This document shows, piece after piece, positions 30,165 to 50,105 of a DNA stretch of 64,000 nt. Below the pieces are notes generated by a model. That model ran no database searches. It was not told the DNA's origin and saw nothing but the letters and a program-made list of their open reading frames with translations. The DNA comes from the human T2T-CHM13v2.0 reference genome, Homo sapiens, in NCBI RefSeq assembly GCF_009914755.1, contig NC_060948.1; one strand, written 5' to 3'. The position numbers and the translations under genes are program-made. Each line of letters begins with the position of its first letter. The stretch's first letter is position 1.

Positions 30165-30478
30165 TGTGTTTTTTATTTGTTTCTTTGTTTGTCTGAGACA
30201 GAGTCTTTCTTTGTTGCCCAGGCTGGAGTACGGTGGTGTGATCACAACTAACTACAGCCTCCACTTCCCAGGCTCAATCAATACTCCTGCCTCAGCCTCT
30301 TGAATAGGTGGGATTAGAAGCATTCACCCCCATGCCTACCTAATTTTTCTATTTTTTATCGTGAGATGGGGTCTCACTATATTGCCCAGGCTGATCTTGA
30401 ACTCCTAGCCTCAAGCAATCCTCCTACCTCAGCCCTTCAAAGTGCTGGGATTACAAACATGAGCCACCATACCAAGGC
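30165..30478 (-). mobile_element. Alu (AluJ)
   Basis: Dimeric Alu. Confidence 0.9.
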
Positions 30479-31316
30479 AGATCAAGGGTTGTCATGACAT
30501 TGCTTGCAAGTCATGCAAACACATCAGTGACTGAGAGGAAATCAGCTTCTAGAAACCTGAAAGAAATGGGGTAGATAGAAAAGGTCACATTGGGATCACC
30601 AGTCATTTTAGGTTGAGAGACACTGCATGCCTAAGCTGGTTCTGCAAGCAGGAAGGCCATGATGGAAATCTCTAATCTCAATCCCCTGCCATCTTTTGAA
30701 ATCTTAGTTTAGCCCACATGGAAGCCTCAAGTCAATGGATCCTATTATTATACAAAACTCAATCCTGGGCACAGGGTAGGGTGGAGAGACATAAACAGTT
30801 GTGGCAGAATCTATGCTCTGCAGTCACTCTACTCATCCATTCAACTTCACACTGCCTTCGTAAGGATCATCTGAGGTGATTTTAGTATAATATCAGCATC
30901 TGGATGGAAAAGAGTGGGTCAGGCAGGAGACCCAGTTCTCTTTTATTAGTCTAGCAAGAATCCATAATTGTTTCCCACTCCTGACAAACTTGGGACAAAA
31001 TCCTTCTTCTCCTTTGAACTCCAAACACTGACCCTATCTATTATTCAGTTGTGACTCAATATAAACCACAGCACCGTGACAGTCTTATTGTCTAGGTTCA
31101 GGCAAAAGTTTCAGATTTATCCACTTGCATATATATCTCTGTGTTTTTCTCTTATCTCTCTAATAGCATTATTTAAATGTGGTGGATTTGATGTTAGTCC
31201 CTTGGTCTCTCATTTTAGTAGCTGGATGTAACATTAAGGTAAATTACTGAGTGTGTCTAGATCTGCATTTCATCACAAGATAGCACTAGTATTTATGCAA
31301 ATTTCCAATTATATAT

Positions 31317-31605
31317 TGCTAGGTTCTAAATGTGTGTACCTTCTGAATTTTTTTTGTTGAAGACTTAATCATCAAATTGATGGCATTATGAGATGAGGTG
31401 TTTGGAAAGTGATTAAATCATGAGGACAGAACCCTCATGAAGATTTGTATCCTTATAAAAGAAGAAACAACCGGAAGTCACCATCTATGTACAGAAAATT
31501 GGCCCTCACCAGAAATTCAATCAGCATTACTCTTGCACTTTCCAGACTCCTGAATTATAAGAAACAAATTTTTATTGTTGATAAGCCACCCATTTTATGC
31601 CTGAA
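31317..31605 (+). mobile_element. MLT1-type MaLR LTR
   Basis: 'gattaaatcatgaggacagaaccctcatga...ggccctcaccaga...cacttTccagactcc...taagccaccca'. Confidence 0.75.
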
Positions 31606-31744
31606 ACACATTTGTATTTAACATGTTAGCAAGGGATAAGATCCCAGGTGTACTCAATAAGTATTAAGGCGAAAGAACAGCACTCAATGGTAAATTCTTA
31701 TCATTGATGTTTCATTAATAGTTCTTAATCAAATGCTAACTTTA

Positions 31745-32068
31745 GGTCTCCATGTCTAAATAACTAAACCCCAATAAAAACCCTGGACATCAAGTCTCAG
31801 GTGAGCCTCTCTAGTCAACAATGCTTCGTAAGTATTGTAATACATTGTTGATGTCATACATTGTTGATGTTACACATTGTTTCTTATAAGTCAAATCAAA
31901 GGGGACAACTTGTGCCTTGTTTCCTGAACTCAGCCATATGCCCCTTTTCCTTTGTTGATTCTAACCTGTAACCTTTCACTGTAATCATCCATAACCATTA
32001 ACATGATAGATTTTCTGGGTACCATAAGTTCTCCAGCATATCATCCTACCTGAGGATGGGCTGACACA
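31745..32068 (+). mobile_element. MER21-like LTR, 3' part
   Basis: 'ccccaataaaaaccctggacatcaagtctcaggtgagc...aaccattaacatgatag...ctgacaca'. Confidence 0.65.
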
Positions 32069-32434
32069 ATAACCAACTAGAAAATTTGAAATTTGCAAAA
32101 ATGTTTAATGATCTTAATTAAAACTAAGCATTAACCTCAAGAAAACATTAAAGATTATCTTCTTCGCATTTAAATTCTGGATTAATTTTAATACGAGGTT
32201 CCCTGTAAATATTCATTCTCTGTCTATTCAAAGAGGGTAGTTAATTTTTACTGATTCCATTGCAAACTCACATAAAATATTTCTATACTTAGTGAACATA
32301 TACAGTAGAGATTCTGTTTTGTGTATCCAAATCATTTTATGAAATAAATCTTCTTTACATATTTATCTCAATTGCTAACTTATTGGTTATAGTTCATATG
32401 CCATGCAGTACTCTGTATTAGAAATAACAGATTA

Positions 32435-33696
32435 TTCTTTGACAAACCTGAAAAAAACAAGCAATGGGAAAGGATTCTCTATTTAACAAGTGGTGCTGGG
32501 AAACCTGGCTAGACATATGCAGCAAGCTGAAACTGGATCCCTTCCTTACACCTTATACAAAAATTAATTCAAGATGGATTAAAGACTTAAACATAACACC
32601 TAAAACCATAGAAACGCTAGAAGAAAACCTAGGCAAAACCATTGAGAACATTGGCATGGGCAAGGTCTTCATGACTAAAACACTGAAAGTAATGGCAACA
32701 AAAGCCAAAATTGACACATACAGTCTGATTAAACCAAAGAGCTTCTGCACAGCAAAATAAACTATCATCAGAGTGAAGAAGCAACCTACAGATTGGGAGA
32801 CAATTTTTGCAATCTATCCATCTGACAAAGGGCCAATATTCAGAATATACAAAGAACTTAAACAGATTTACAAGAAAAAAAGTAACCCATCAAAAAACGG
32901 GTGAAGGATATGAACAGACATTTATCAAAAGAAGACATTTATGCAGCCAACAAACATGAAAAACAGCTCATCATCATGGGTCATTAGAAAAATCCAAGTC
33001 AAAACCATCTCACACCAGTTAGAATGGCAATCGTTAAAAAGTCAGGAAACAACAGATGCTGGGGAGGGTGTGGAGAAATAGGAATGTGTTTACACTGTTG
33101 GTTGGAGTGTAGATTATTCAATCATTGTGGAAGACAGTGTGACAATTCCTCAAGTATCTAGAACCAGAAATACCATTGAACCCAGCAATCCCATTACTGG
33201 ATATATACCCAAAGGATTTTAAATCACTCTATAGAGACATGCACATGTATGTTTATTGCTGCACTGTTCACAAAAGGAAAGATGTGGAGCCAACACAAAT
33301 GCCTGTCAATGATAGACTGGATAAAGAAAATGTGGCAATATACACCATGGAATACTATGCAGCCATGAAAAAGGATGAGTTCATGTCCTTTGCAGGGACA
33401 CGGATGATGCTGAAATCCATCATTCTCAGCAAACTAACACAAGACAGAAAACCAAACACCAGATGTTCTCACTCGTAAATGAGAGCTGAACAATGAGAAC
33501 ACATAGAGGGGAACATCACACATCAAAGCCTGTCTGGAGTTGGGGGACTAGGGGAAGGACAGCATTCAGAGAAATACCTAATGTAGATGATGGATTGATG
33601 GGTGAAGCAAACCACCATGGCATATGTATACCTACGTAATAAACCTGCACGTTCTGCACATGTACCCCACAACTCAAAGTATAATAATAATAATAA
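32435..33696 (+). mobile_element. 5'-truncated L1PA (about PA7-8), ORF2 C-terminus and 3'UTR
   Basis: '[12 protein letters not shown]' ORF; 3'UTR; 15-bp TSD agaaataacagatta (32420) and agaaataatagatta (33697). Confidence 0.9.
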
Positions 33697-33779
33697 AGAA
33701 ATAATAGATTACACATCTTGATCAATTATATTAACTTTAGTATAATTTCATCTGTTTAATGAGTATAAGATAGTCTTTT

Positions 33780-33956
33780 CTGTTTGTTTGTTTGTTTGCT
33801 TGATTTTTAGAATCAGGGCCACATGCTGTCATCCCAGCTGGAGTACAGTGACGTGATCCTAGCTCACTGCACCCTCAAACTCTTGGCCTCAAGTAATCCC
33901 CCTTCCTTAACCTCCTAATGTATCGGGATTAGAGGTGTAAGCTACCATGCCCAGTC
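33780..33956 (-). mobile_element. Monomeric Alu (FAM/FRAM-like)
   Basis: Single monomer with (TTTG)n tail. Confidence 0.7.
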
Positions 33957-34898
33957 AATATAAAATATTCCTGACTGGAAACTTCTATAAGTATTCACAA
34001 GGCATTTCATTTTTATAACTACTAGTTTCGTCTCTTACATCCTGTTTCCAAAACAGAAAGTTTCTAGTATTATGACTTATAAACTACAGTTTCCCTTCTA
34101 TGTCACAGTTCTGATAATGTGTTCTTTTATGTACTTTATGATATATATAACACTACATCGATATTTTGGAAAATGATTTTTAATTTTGCTTATAAAATAA
34201 ATATTGTATAATAAACAGTATGTTAACTCTCTTCTAAATTTCCTATTTTTTCCTGAAATGTAGTGGTTCTCATCTTGAGAAGTCTAAATTGGCACTAATT
34301 TACATGAAAAGAACTCCCTATTGACTTACTGTGGCAAAGAGGTGATATGTAAAAATTAAATCCGTAACACATATAGACATTTGTTTTCTAAATCATTCAT
34401 GGGCAGAAATCATAAACACAAAAAGAGCTTAAGTCAATGGAGGTTTTATTTTAATATTTAGCTGAAGTATTTTTCTATTACAGTGTTGAAATAGGAGTGT
34501 CTGGCATTGTGTCAGCTAGATTTAAAAACAGCTAACTAAAGACAGGAACAAAGTCTGAACATGATTAATAAAAGGTATTAAAGAAATGGCAACAACTTTA
34601 GAAAATGCAGTGATAATCTGAAGAAATATTATGGTTATGCAAGTGAAGAAATAAAGAAAAAATATTTGCAGTTTCTACTGGGATCATGAATTACCTCAGA
34701 TAAACTGAAATTTAACATAATGTCAACAATTACATTTTTTTATTCCTAGGCTTTATCCATTTGATAAAACTCAAAGGTAGACAAGATATATATCAATATC
34801 TCAGAAAAAAAATATACTTTTATTCCATTTTATTATAAATTTTACACTTAAGTGCCAAGATTGTTTATCCAAGAGCTTTTGTAATGCAAAACATACAA

Positions 34899-35267
34899 AT
34901 GTTAGTTTGCTAGAGTGGCATAACAAAATAACACAGACTGGCTGGTTTAAACAAAGGATATTCTGCTGGCTGTAAGTGTGAGATCAAGATGTAGACAAGG
35001 CTGGTTTCTGCTAAGGTCTCTCTCTTTGGCTTGTAGATGCCAACTTCTCCCCAGGCCTTCACATGGTTGTCCCTCTGTGTGTGTCTGTGTCCTCATCTCC
35101 TATTCTCATAAGATTCCCAGTCCTGTCCTATGGGATTAGGACTCACCCTTGGGACTTCATTTTATCCTAATCACCTCTTTAAAGATTCCATCTCCAAATC
35201 CAGTCACATTGGGAGTTAGGACTTCAACATATATATTTTGGGAATGGTGTAAAATGTGTGCCATAAA
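34899..35267 (-). mobile_element. MLT1A MaLR LTR
   Basis: 'tgttagtttgctagagtggcataacaaaataacacagact...atctccaaatccagtcacatt...ttaggacttcaacatat'. Confidence 0.85.
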
Positions 35268-35412
35268 AATATATGTAATCCATATAGGGTACCAGTATAG
35301 AAATTAACAAGACTTTTCTCACACATTAGTCATTGTGATAAAAACATCAATATTTTACCTCCATATATTAAAATTGCATCTTAATACATAATTTAGAAAT
35401 ATTTGAAGTAGG

Positions 35413-35700
<288 letters not shown>

Positions 35701-36040
35701 CATACATGTATATGTGTGCGTATATACACATATACACACACATATATAGTCTATAGGTCTAAATATGTGTGTGTATATATGTGTGTATATATATATATAT
35801 AAATATATGTATATATTTAGACAGTATATATAGTATATATTTATGTGTGTGTGTATATATAGATACACACACGTATATATATGTGTGTGTGTATCTATAT
35901 ATACACACACACATATATATAGAGAGAGAGAGACAGAAAATGACAATCTCTTGACCATTTTTTTCTCTGCAATATGCCACCAATCACAAAAGGAAAATTA
36001 GGTCTTGAGTAAGGCTCACTTTAGAAATGATGTTACTCTT

Positions 36041-36353
36041 GGCAAGTTGTGGTGGCTCATGTCTGTAATCCCAGCACTTTGGGAGGATGAGGTGGGCAGA
36101 TGACTCAAGATCAGGAGTTTGAGAACAGCCTGACCCTCTACTACAAATACAAAAAAAAAAACCAAAAACAAAAAACAAAAAGCTGGGGGAGCGTTATGGT
36201 GTGAGCTTGTAATCCCAGCTATTTGAAAGACTGAGGCAGAGGAATTGCTGGAGCTGTGGAGGTAGAAGTTGAAGTGAGCCAAGATTGCTCCATTGTACTC
36301 CAGCCTAGGTGACAAAATGAGACTCTGTCTAAATAAATACATAAATAAATAAG
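36041..36353 (+). mobile_element. Chimeric Alu (5' end of Alu B, body of Alu A)
   Basis: Starts 'ggcaag' like Alu B, then carries Alu A variants. Confidence 0.8.
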
Positions 36354-36464
36354 AAGTCAGAAAACGGCAATCTCTTGACCATTTTTTTTTCTGGAATATG
36401 CCACTAATTAGAAAAGGAAAATTGGGTCTTGAGTAAGGCTCACTTTAGGAATGATGTTACTCTT

Positions 36465-36750
36465 GGCAAGGTGTGGTGGCTCACGCCTGTAATCCCAGCA
36501 CTTTGGGAGGCGGAGGCTAGAGAATGGTTTAAGGCCAAGAGTTCAAGACCTGCCTAGGAAACACAGAAAGCACCAATGTCTATAAAGGATTTTCAAAGTT
36601 TAGGTGAGTGGGGTGGTGCATGCCTGTAGTTCCAGTACTTGGGAGGCTGAGGCAGGTGAATTGCTTGAGCCCAGGAGGTTGAGGCTTCAGTGAGCTATCA
36701 TCATACTACTGCACTCCAGCCTGGGTGACAGAGCAAGACCATGTCTTGAA
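36465..36750 (+). mobile_element. Alu B (AluJ-like)
   Basis: Alu dimer whose tail grades into a purine repeat. Confidence 0.9.
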
Positions 36751-36799
36751 AGTAAGGGAAAGCGAGGGGTAAGTAGTGGAAGGGAGGAGGAGGAAAGGG

Positions 36800-36833
36800 G
36801 GGGAGAGAGAGAGAGAGAAAGAAAGAAAGAAAT

Positions 36834-36896
<63 letters not shown>

Positions 36897-36918
36897 AAAG
36901 AAAGAAAGAAAGAAAGGA

Positions 36919-36966
<48 letters not shown>

Positions 36967-36989
36967 AACAGAGAAAGAAAGAAAGAAAG

Positions 36990-37032
<43 letters not shown>

Positions 37033-37112
37033 AAAAGAAAAGAAAGAGGAAGAAAGAAAGAAAGAAAAAGAGAAAGAAAGGAGGGAGGGAGGGAAGGAAA
37101 GAAGGAAGGAGA
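36800..37112. repeat. Complex (GAAA)n STR
   Basis: Several perfect GAAA runs of up to ~15 units separated by variant units. Confidence 0.95.
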
Positions 37113-38524
37113 GATGTGATGTTACTTTAGAGCTTTGAATATATAAAAGCAAATAATGAGGACTTGCTTACTAACTACATCAGAAAATACTTTATTAATT
37201 ATTACTACAAATGGATCTGCACAATATGCAGTATAGACAGAATAATAGACTATGCACATCCAACAAATATCCTGGATGTATACATTGTCATTTCTCCTAT
37301 AGATTTCAAGCTCCATGCTCCATCTTTCCATTGACTGGTTCCCTACTGGGATTATTTGGCCGCTTAGGAGATATTTGAACACTTTTCAGTTGCCCAAACT
37401 GGGGAACAGTACTATTGATATCCAGGGATTAAGGCCAGGGCTATATGTCCTAATTACTCATCTTTCATTTTGTCTTTATTGGAAATCAATTTCAAATTAA
37501 CTTATGATTGAAATATATTATAGTAAAGTGTCAAATCTTGAGTCAGAAAGATTGCTTGAGCCCAGGAGGTCAAGGCTTTGCTGAACTAAGATCACACCAC
37601 TGCACTCCAGCCAGGGCAGCAGAATAAGACACCAGCTCTAAAAACATAATAACTAAAAAAGTGTTTAATCCTTTGTTGATTTGTAATTGCATATACAGAA
37701 GAGGAGGTCCAAACTCTTCAATAATTTCTTCTTACTTAACAGAATAACTCAGTCCCTTTTGTTACTAGAGTTAAAATAAGTATTTTTTTTTTGCCATTTT
37801 TCTTGGTTCTGGATTGAAATAAATTGAGACAACATTGTGTTTAATAGAAACCAAATGAGTAAAGTGAAAAATAACCTGTGTGTTTGCTGTGTCCAACTAA
37901 TTCATGATCTGTGTAGGAGTGATTATTTCCTACCAAAAAAAACAAAACTGAGATTTAATGGTATTTTTTTTAACTTACTCATAGGGCCAGCAGGAAGTAG
38001 GATAATTTCGACTGCCAAAAGTTCCATTAAAATTTTCACAGGCTACATTTCCTCTCAGATAAAATGTCATACCTTTGCCATATATCATCAAAAGTGAACA
38101 CTCTTAGAAGAACAGACTTCTATTCTGACATGCAAGCTTTGAAATACATTCCCTATCACCTATATGGCCAGTTTCATTCCAATTCCATGTAAGTAAACTT
38201 AATCTTAGATCAGTTCCTGCTTAAATATTTTTAGGAATCCACAGAGTGCAACCAGTGAAATTGCATGTGGTTCTTTTCTTTAAAAAATATTGACCTCAAG
38301 CTTAACTTACTGACATCACTCTGCACTAGTCTTTCACAATTCTGCCTGTGAATTTAATACCCATGTTCAATATTTAATCTAAATATTTTCCCCCTATTTA
38401 GTTTCTGCCTACTGGTAATGTATACATCTTTTATATTAGTAATGTGTTATTTATCTTTCTTATAATATTTAATATTTGTGTATATATATATTATATATAC
38501 CTGGGTATACATAATACAGGCACA

Positions 38525-38642
38525 CTCTCTACATGGGTAATGGGATCAGTCAGACCCCAAACCCCAGCATCACACAATATACCCTTGTAACAAACCTGTA
38601 GATGTACCCCTGCATCCAACATAAAATCTGAAATTTAAAAAA
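38525..38642 (+). mobile_element. L1 3' end fragment (L1PB/L1MA-like)
   Basis: 'accccaaaccccagcatcacacaatatacccttgtaacaaacctgtagatgtacccc'. Confidence 0.75.
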
Positions 38643-41419
38643 TGTATGTATTTGTTCTATACTCTTCCTTAGATAGACTATATATTTCTTGAGGCAAATA
38701 ATGCTGTCACAGATTGGTTTGCTCAATAAATTATTTTTTATTGAGACTAAACATTTCAAGGCACAATTTTTCTCCAAAATTTTTTTGAAGATTTGATGTC
38801 ATAAATCAGAATTGAATAGCTTTATCTCCTCCTGCATCACCATCTGTAAACTTTGCTATCTACTGTAGCCTCAGTAATTTCTCTAGGGGTCCTTCTTTAA
38901 TTTTCTTTTTTCTGAACCTATGGCCATTGTCTGAACATCATTTCCTCCATGAGCCTGCACTTCCTAAAATGTTAATCCATAATAACATTTTGAAATTTGA
39001 CATTATACATAGATTTCATTAGAGTTTGCTCTACACCAAACCCAAACTACTTAAAAAACAAATCCAAAAGTACATTTTTGTATCCAAGTGCTCTTTTATT
39101 CCCTGAATAAATTTCACTGGTACAGTCTATGGAAAAATGTGTATCTTGCATGTTTCATATACCTAAGCTTTCAGTTAGTTTTCCTGCAGGCAATCAAAAT
39201 ACAGTTAAGGTTTCCTAGCAATAGGGTGAAATGGGGCACTTAAAGTCATGAAAAACACCACAACCTACCAAGTAACAGAATAAAACTTTGTCAATTCACT
39301 TAGATATTGTGGGTCAGAGTCAGATTCATGTGTTACTTATATAACCTCCTTTTATTTGGGCTGAAAGGCTGTTTCTTATCAAAATAATAAGTGTGATTCA
39401 ATTGTTGTAATTTTTTTGCAAATCTTTTCTGGCTGCTATTTAACATTTTGTTAAAATTGTATCAGTTGTAACAGTGGGATCAATTATAACAATTGCATCA
39501 ATTTTAATAATTGTATCCACTGATACTGATACAGACCCCTTCCAGATACAATGCATACCTCTTCCTGGATTACTATATTGTCAATATGAAAAAGGCTCTT
39601 GAAAATAATCTTTAAAGATAAAATTATACAAACAGCTCAGAATCACTGCCATTTGTAGCCACAGCATGTCTAAGGTTGATTTGATTAGTCAAACTGCAAC
39701 CGTTTCAACTTACAATCTTTAGACCTATGTTCATGACCTGTGTTCATGATAAATTTTGCATAATCATGTTATCTCTTCATTTGATCTAATAAACACTACG
39801 TAATCCTTGCTTTAATTTAACAAAAGGTGCATTTGCATTGCAAATACTTTGAATAATTTGTTTTCTCCTCCTCTTTGGAGAGTGTCCTTTAATCAGTTCT
39901 TCACAATTTGGAAGTATCCACCTCAGAAATGTCTAGAAGACCTGCTTACCTTTTAATGGTATTAAAATTACTCTTCCTTAGCTTAAATTCAATTTTCTGT
40001 CTCATGCTCAGCAGGCTTTTCCTACAGTTGTTCATGTTCTTGCTTTCATCCTTCTCATATACAATTTTTAATTCCTAAATTACTATGGCTGTCCCTAATA
40101 CAAGAAAAACATTATTTTCAGCAATACGTTGCAGTGTGTGAATATACTTTACTTCAGTTCCTTTCCACAGCTATGAAAATGTATATAAAAATTCATGAAA
40201 CATAAAGTTATACTATGTTTTTAACTAGAATAAGCCTACTCATGATCTCTTCCTAAAAATATATATATTTTTTCTCATCATTACTTTCATAATGATTAAT
40301 CCTTCTCAAAGTGTTTCTGTTTGATGCTTGTAATCTTTGTGTTAAATTATAACACAGATAAATATTCTAGTTGTAATTTAAAATGACAACTCTGAATATA
40401 AATGAAAATATTTAGAGGTGAACATATGACTTTATTCTAAATGCTTTCAACAGGTATTGTAAAATAAAATGGTAACGTTTTCCTTATTTGAGTAAAATTT
40501 AGAGGAATAGAATATATTCAGAAGATCCATTGTAAGTTCTTCTAAAGAAATCTGCAAAAATTTCAAAAAGAGTTTTACAGTTACTTATCATTTTTTCCCA
40601 TTGTTTTTGGTAACAAAATCACAATATTTTAGAAAAGATTGAATCATTGTGAAGTGAAAGGAAATGGAATGATGTATAATGCCTCACAAACCTGTTTGTT
40701 TGCTTGGTGGGGGTCAAAAGAAGAGTTTCATGGAAGTAAAGGTATAGTTTTACAATTGTAAGCTTGCTTTCTAAATAATTCACAGTTGTTTTATCATGGC
40801 ATTTCTGAAGAACTTCTCTCTGACATGTCCCAAGTTCTGACTGAAGTAGATATTCCAGCAGAAATACCGACTAGATAGTTATTTCTTTGGATGGTTTCAT
40901 CATCATGTAATTCTAGTTTCATCCAGCCTGACAAGTCCCTGGGAATATTGATGCAGCCTTGTTTCGTTTTTAAATACACTCACTTTATTCAATTACAATA
41001 TGCAGAGAGAGAAGGGCACAAATCATATGAATACAGCTCAGCGAACTGCCACCACATCAGGATGCTGGAAAAGCACTATGCAAATCCAGGCATAGAATGA
41101 TGGAAATATATACTATGTTCTTTTGCAACTCTGCCTAAGTGTTTTATTCAACATTATGTTCACCAAATTTATAATTCCGTCTCACTTGGCACTGGCACAT
41201 TCATTCTTCTTGCTCTGTAGCTTTCCCCAAATCTCTTTATGGATCTTTTGTTGATTGTTACCTTGATTGTTTCCATGTAGGGATTATTAACAAAATGCTA
41301 TCATGAAATGTATTGTATGTGTGCCAGTAGGTTTACTGTGTACAATATTTTCTTGGGCACATATATTGGAGTGAAAATTCCAGGTGCTAGGGAATTTATT
41401 CATTCAGCTTTAAGATATT

Positions 41420-41726
41420 TTGGTTTTGGTTTTGCTTTTGCTTTTATAGGCAGGATCTTGCTCTGTCACCTAGGCTGGAGTACAGAGGTGTGGTCATAGC
41501 TCGCTGCAGTATAGAGCAACTGGGCTCAAGTGATCCTCCCAACTCAGCTTCCAAAGTCGTTGGCAATACAAGTGCTCACCACATGCACAGCTAGTTTTTT
41601 AGTTTTTGTAGTGTCTGGTTCTCACTATGCTGTCCAAGCTGGTATGGAATTCCTGGCTTCAAGTGATCCTCCCACCTAAGCCTCCCAAAGTGCTGTGATT
41701 ACAGGTATGAGCCACTGTGCCCAGCC
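41420..41726 (-). mobile_element. Alu (AluJ) within old L1M sequence
   Basis: Diverged dimer. Confidence 0.85.
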
Positions 41727-42003
41727 AGCATAAAGTTTTATGTGCTAGTTCAGGAGATACACATTCTGACCTGTTTTGTCAGTTTTGTTTTGTTTTGTTT
41801 TGTTCAAGTGAGTATTTACTGCCATATCATGGTGGTTCATATCCCTTCCCTTGTTGCTAGACATTTTTATTAAGTTTATTGGGAAATCAGATATGCTTTT
41901 TTAAAAAGCTAGTAAATTATTCACACATTTTCATTTGGAATCCATTATATATTTTGGACGAAAACACAAACCCTTGTGGAATATATTCATCACATCTATA
42001 AAG

Positions 42004-42137
42004 TTTATTTATTTATTTATTTATTTTGAGGCAGGATCTCATTATGTTGCCCAGGCTGGTCTCGAACTCTTGGGCTCATGTCTCTCACCTCAGCCTCCAG
42101 AGTAGCTGGGATTATAGATGCATATGCTCTGCTGGGC
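42004..42137 (-). mobile_element. FLAM monomer
   Basis: (TTTA)n plus a single left-type monomer. Confidence 0.75.
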
Positions 42138-42512
42138 ATAAACTTCTATTCTTGTCATGGCACCTTTTGCAGAACAGAATATTTGGAGTTTAAGTAAGTA
42201 CCACTTACTAATTCCTTGATTAAATTATGATGAAACACATTTGCATCTTCTTTGAAAAACTCCTACTTACTCTAATGCCAAAAAGAACTCCTACAAATAC
42301 CTTCTAAAAACTTTATTTTCTGTTGCACAGCTAGATTGACATAATCAATACTTGGAATCATATGCTTTTGTTTCCGTTGTTTTGTTTTTCTTTTTGTGCA
42401 TAGCACTAGGTGGGACTACCTGAGTCCCTCAAATTGATATCCTGCCAATTATTGAGAAGATTATTCTAACAGCACTGAATTTTTCAGAAAGCAAAACATG
42501 GTGTAGATGGCT

Positions 42513-42955
<443 letters not shown>

Positions 42956-43498
42956 TTAATAAAACAAATGAAAGATACCATATTGGAGAGGCCAACAAAG
43001 TGGCCTCCTGTCAAAAATCAGGTAGAAACGGAGGCCCTGAGTGCTACAGCCCTGAAAAAATGAACCCAGAATTAATGAGCCTTCCTGTGAAATCATACAC
43101 CTGAGTTAAAATTTGGCTGTAGTCTATAAGAAATCATGAGGCAGAAAACCCAGTCAAACTGAGTTCAGGTTCTTCAAGCTGTAGAAACTGTGAGATGGTT
43201 TGCTGTGTTGTTTGCAGCTACTAGTCTGGGAAGCTATTAGGTATGCAGCAATACTATTTTTAGTGGATGATGTAAAGATTCAATTTTCCACCCTTAAATT
43301 ATCACTGTTTTGAATTAATATTATCCTTCATCACCTCCAGGCAAAACGCTGGAGTCAATGTAGGATTTACTTGATGTTTGTTTGGTTTGGTTGGTTTCTC
43401 CCTGGAGAATATCAGTCCTGTAATGATTTTTGTTAAATACACAAAATCAGTGTTTCTGAATATTGTGTCTTATTTCGATTGCTTATAAATGGAAGGTA

Positions 43499-43605
43499 GT
43501 GCTTGCTTTAGCAGCATATATACTAAAGTTGGAATGATACAGGAAAAATTAGTATGATCCCAGCACAAAGATGACATGCAAATTCATGAAGCATTCAATA
43601 TTTTT
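43499..43605 (+). pseudogene. Full-length U6 snRNA retrocopy (RNU6 pseudogene)
   Basis: gtgcttgctttagcagcatatatactaaagttggaatgatacag...caaattcatgaagcattcaatattttt aligns end to end with U6; ACAGAGA box mutated to ACAGGAA; CpGs decayed. Confidence 0.92.
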
Positions 43606-49239
<5,634 letters not shown>

Positions 49240-50105
49240 ATGTGCTAACCATCCTAGCATACACAAGATAGCCTCTACCCAGCCGAGGACCATCCAGCTC
49301 CAAATGCCAATACAGCTGTGGTTGAGCAATTGCACAGGGAGTCTCCTATAATTTCTTCAGCATTGCTCACATTCGGCTCATTTGACTGACAACTTGACAT
49401 AACCAAGGGAAAGAAAATTCTCCCTTTTCTCCTTTTATAGCTTTCCCATAACTAGTCCAATCTAAATTTGTATCCAATGAATCCCAGTGACCAAATGTAG
49501 AACAAGGGCGAATTCTCCCCTGTTGCAGTGCTTGTTGCAAATTTGAAGGATTAATTATATCATTATGTTATGTGGTAATTAATTGGCTCAATTTTCTGTC
49601 TTCTCATACCTAGCCATGGGGAATCTGTGCTTCCTGGCTGGAAAACCCCTAATGAACATTCTAAAAATGCCCGATGAGTCATTGTTCTCTTTTACCACTT
49701 TAAGGAGGAACTGAACAAATTTAATGTCAGTTGGTGTAGTTGCCGTAATAGGTGGATTGCATTTCAAAACTACTTTGGGCAACAGATTTTAAATAATATA
49801 GAGGTAAAAGAGTTTAAATGTGTCCTGTGAAAGTCCATAATGAGAATCTTCTGTTCTCTGTTTCTCCATTATTACAGTGATTTATAGTGAGGAATAAAAT
49901 CTAATAAATAATGAATGCTTCAACTAAAGCTTCATTTTAATTGAAAACTAGGGCACAGGCCACCTTGGAAAATATTAAAATAAAAAATGTGACTCCTTAA
50001 CTACTGACTGGTTTTTAAAACTTACTTCTGTGAGTGATGCTATTAAATAAACTCTGCTGTTTTTATTGATGGGCTCAAACAATACTAAAAAGGGTATCTT
50101 ACTAA

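Noticed and set aside
31841-31882. 16-bp tandem repeat (about 2.6 copies) in the MER21-like LTR
   Set aside because: Ordinary slippage duplication.
36706-37152. 148-aa Phe/Ser/Leu ORF
   Set aside because: Translation of the (TTTC)n STR.
43499-43605. Functional U6 gene
   Set aside because: ACAGAGA box mutated, many substitutions, no clear PSE, fused to L1.
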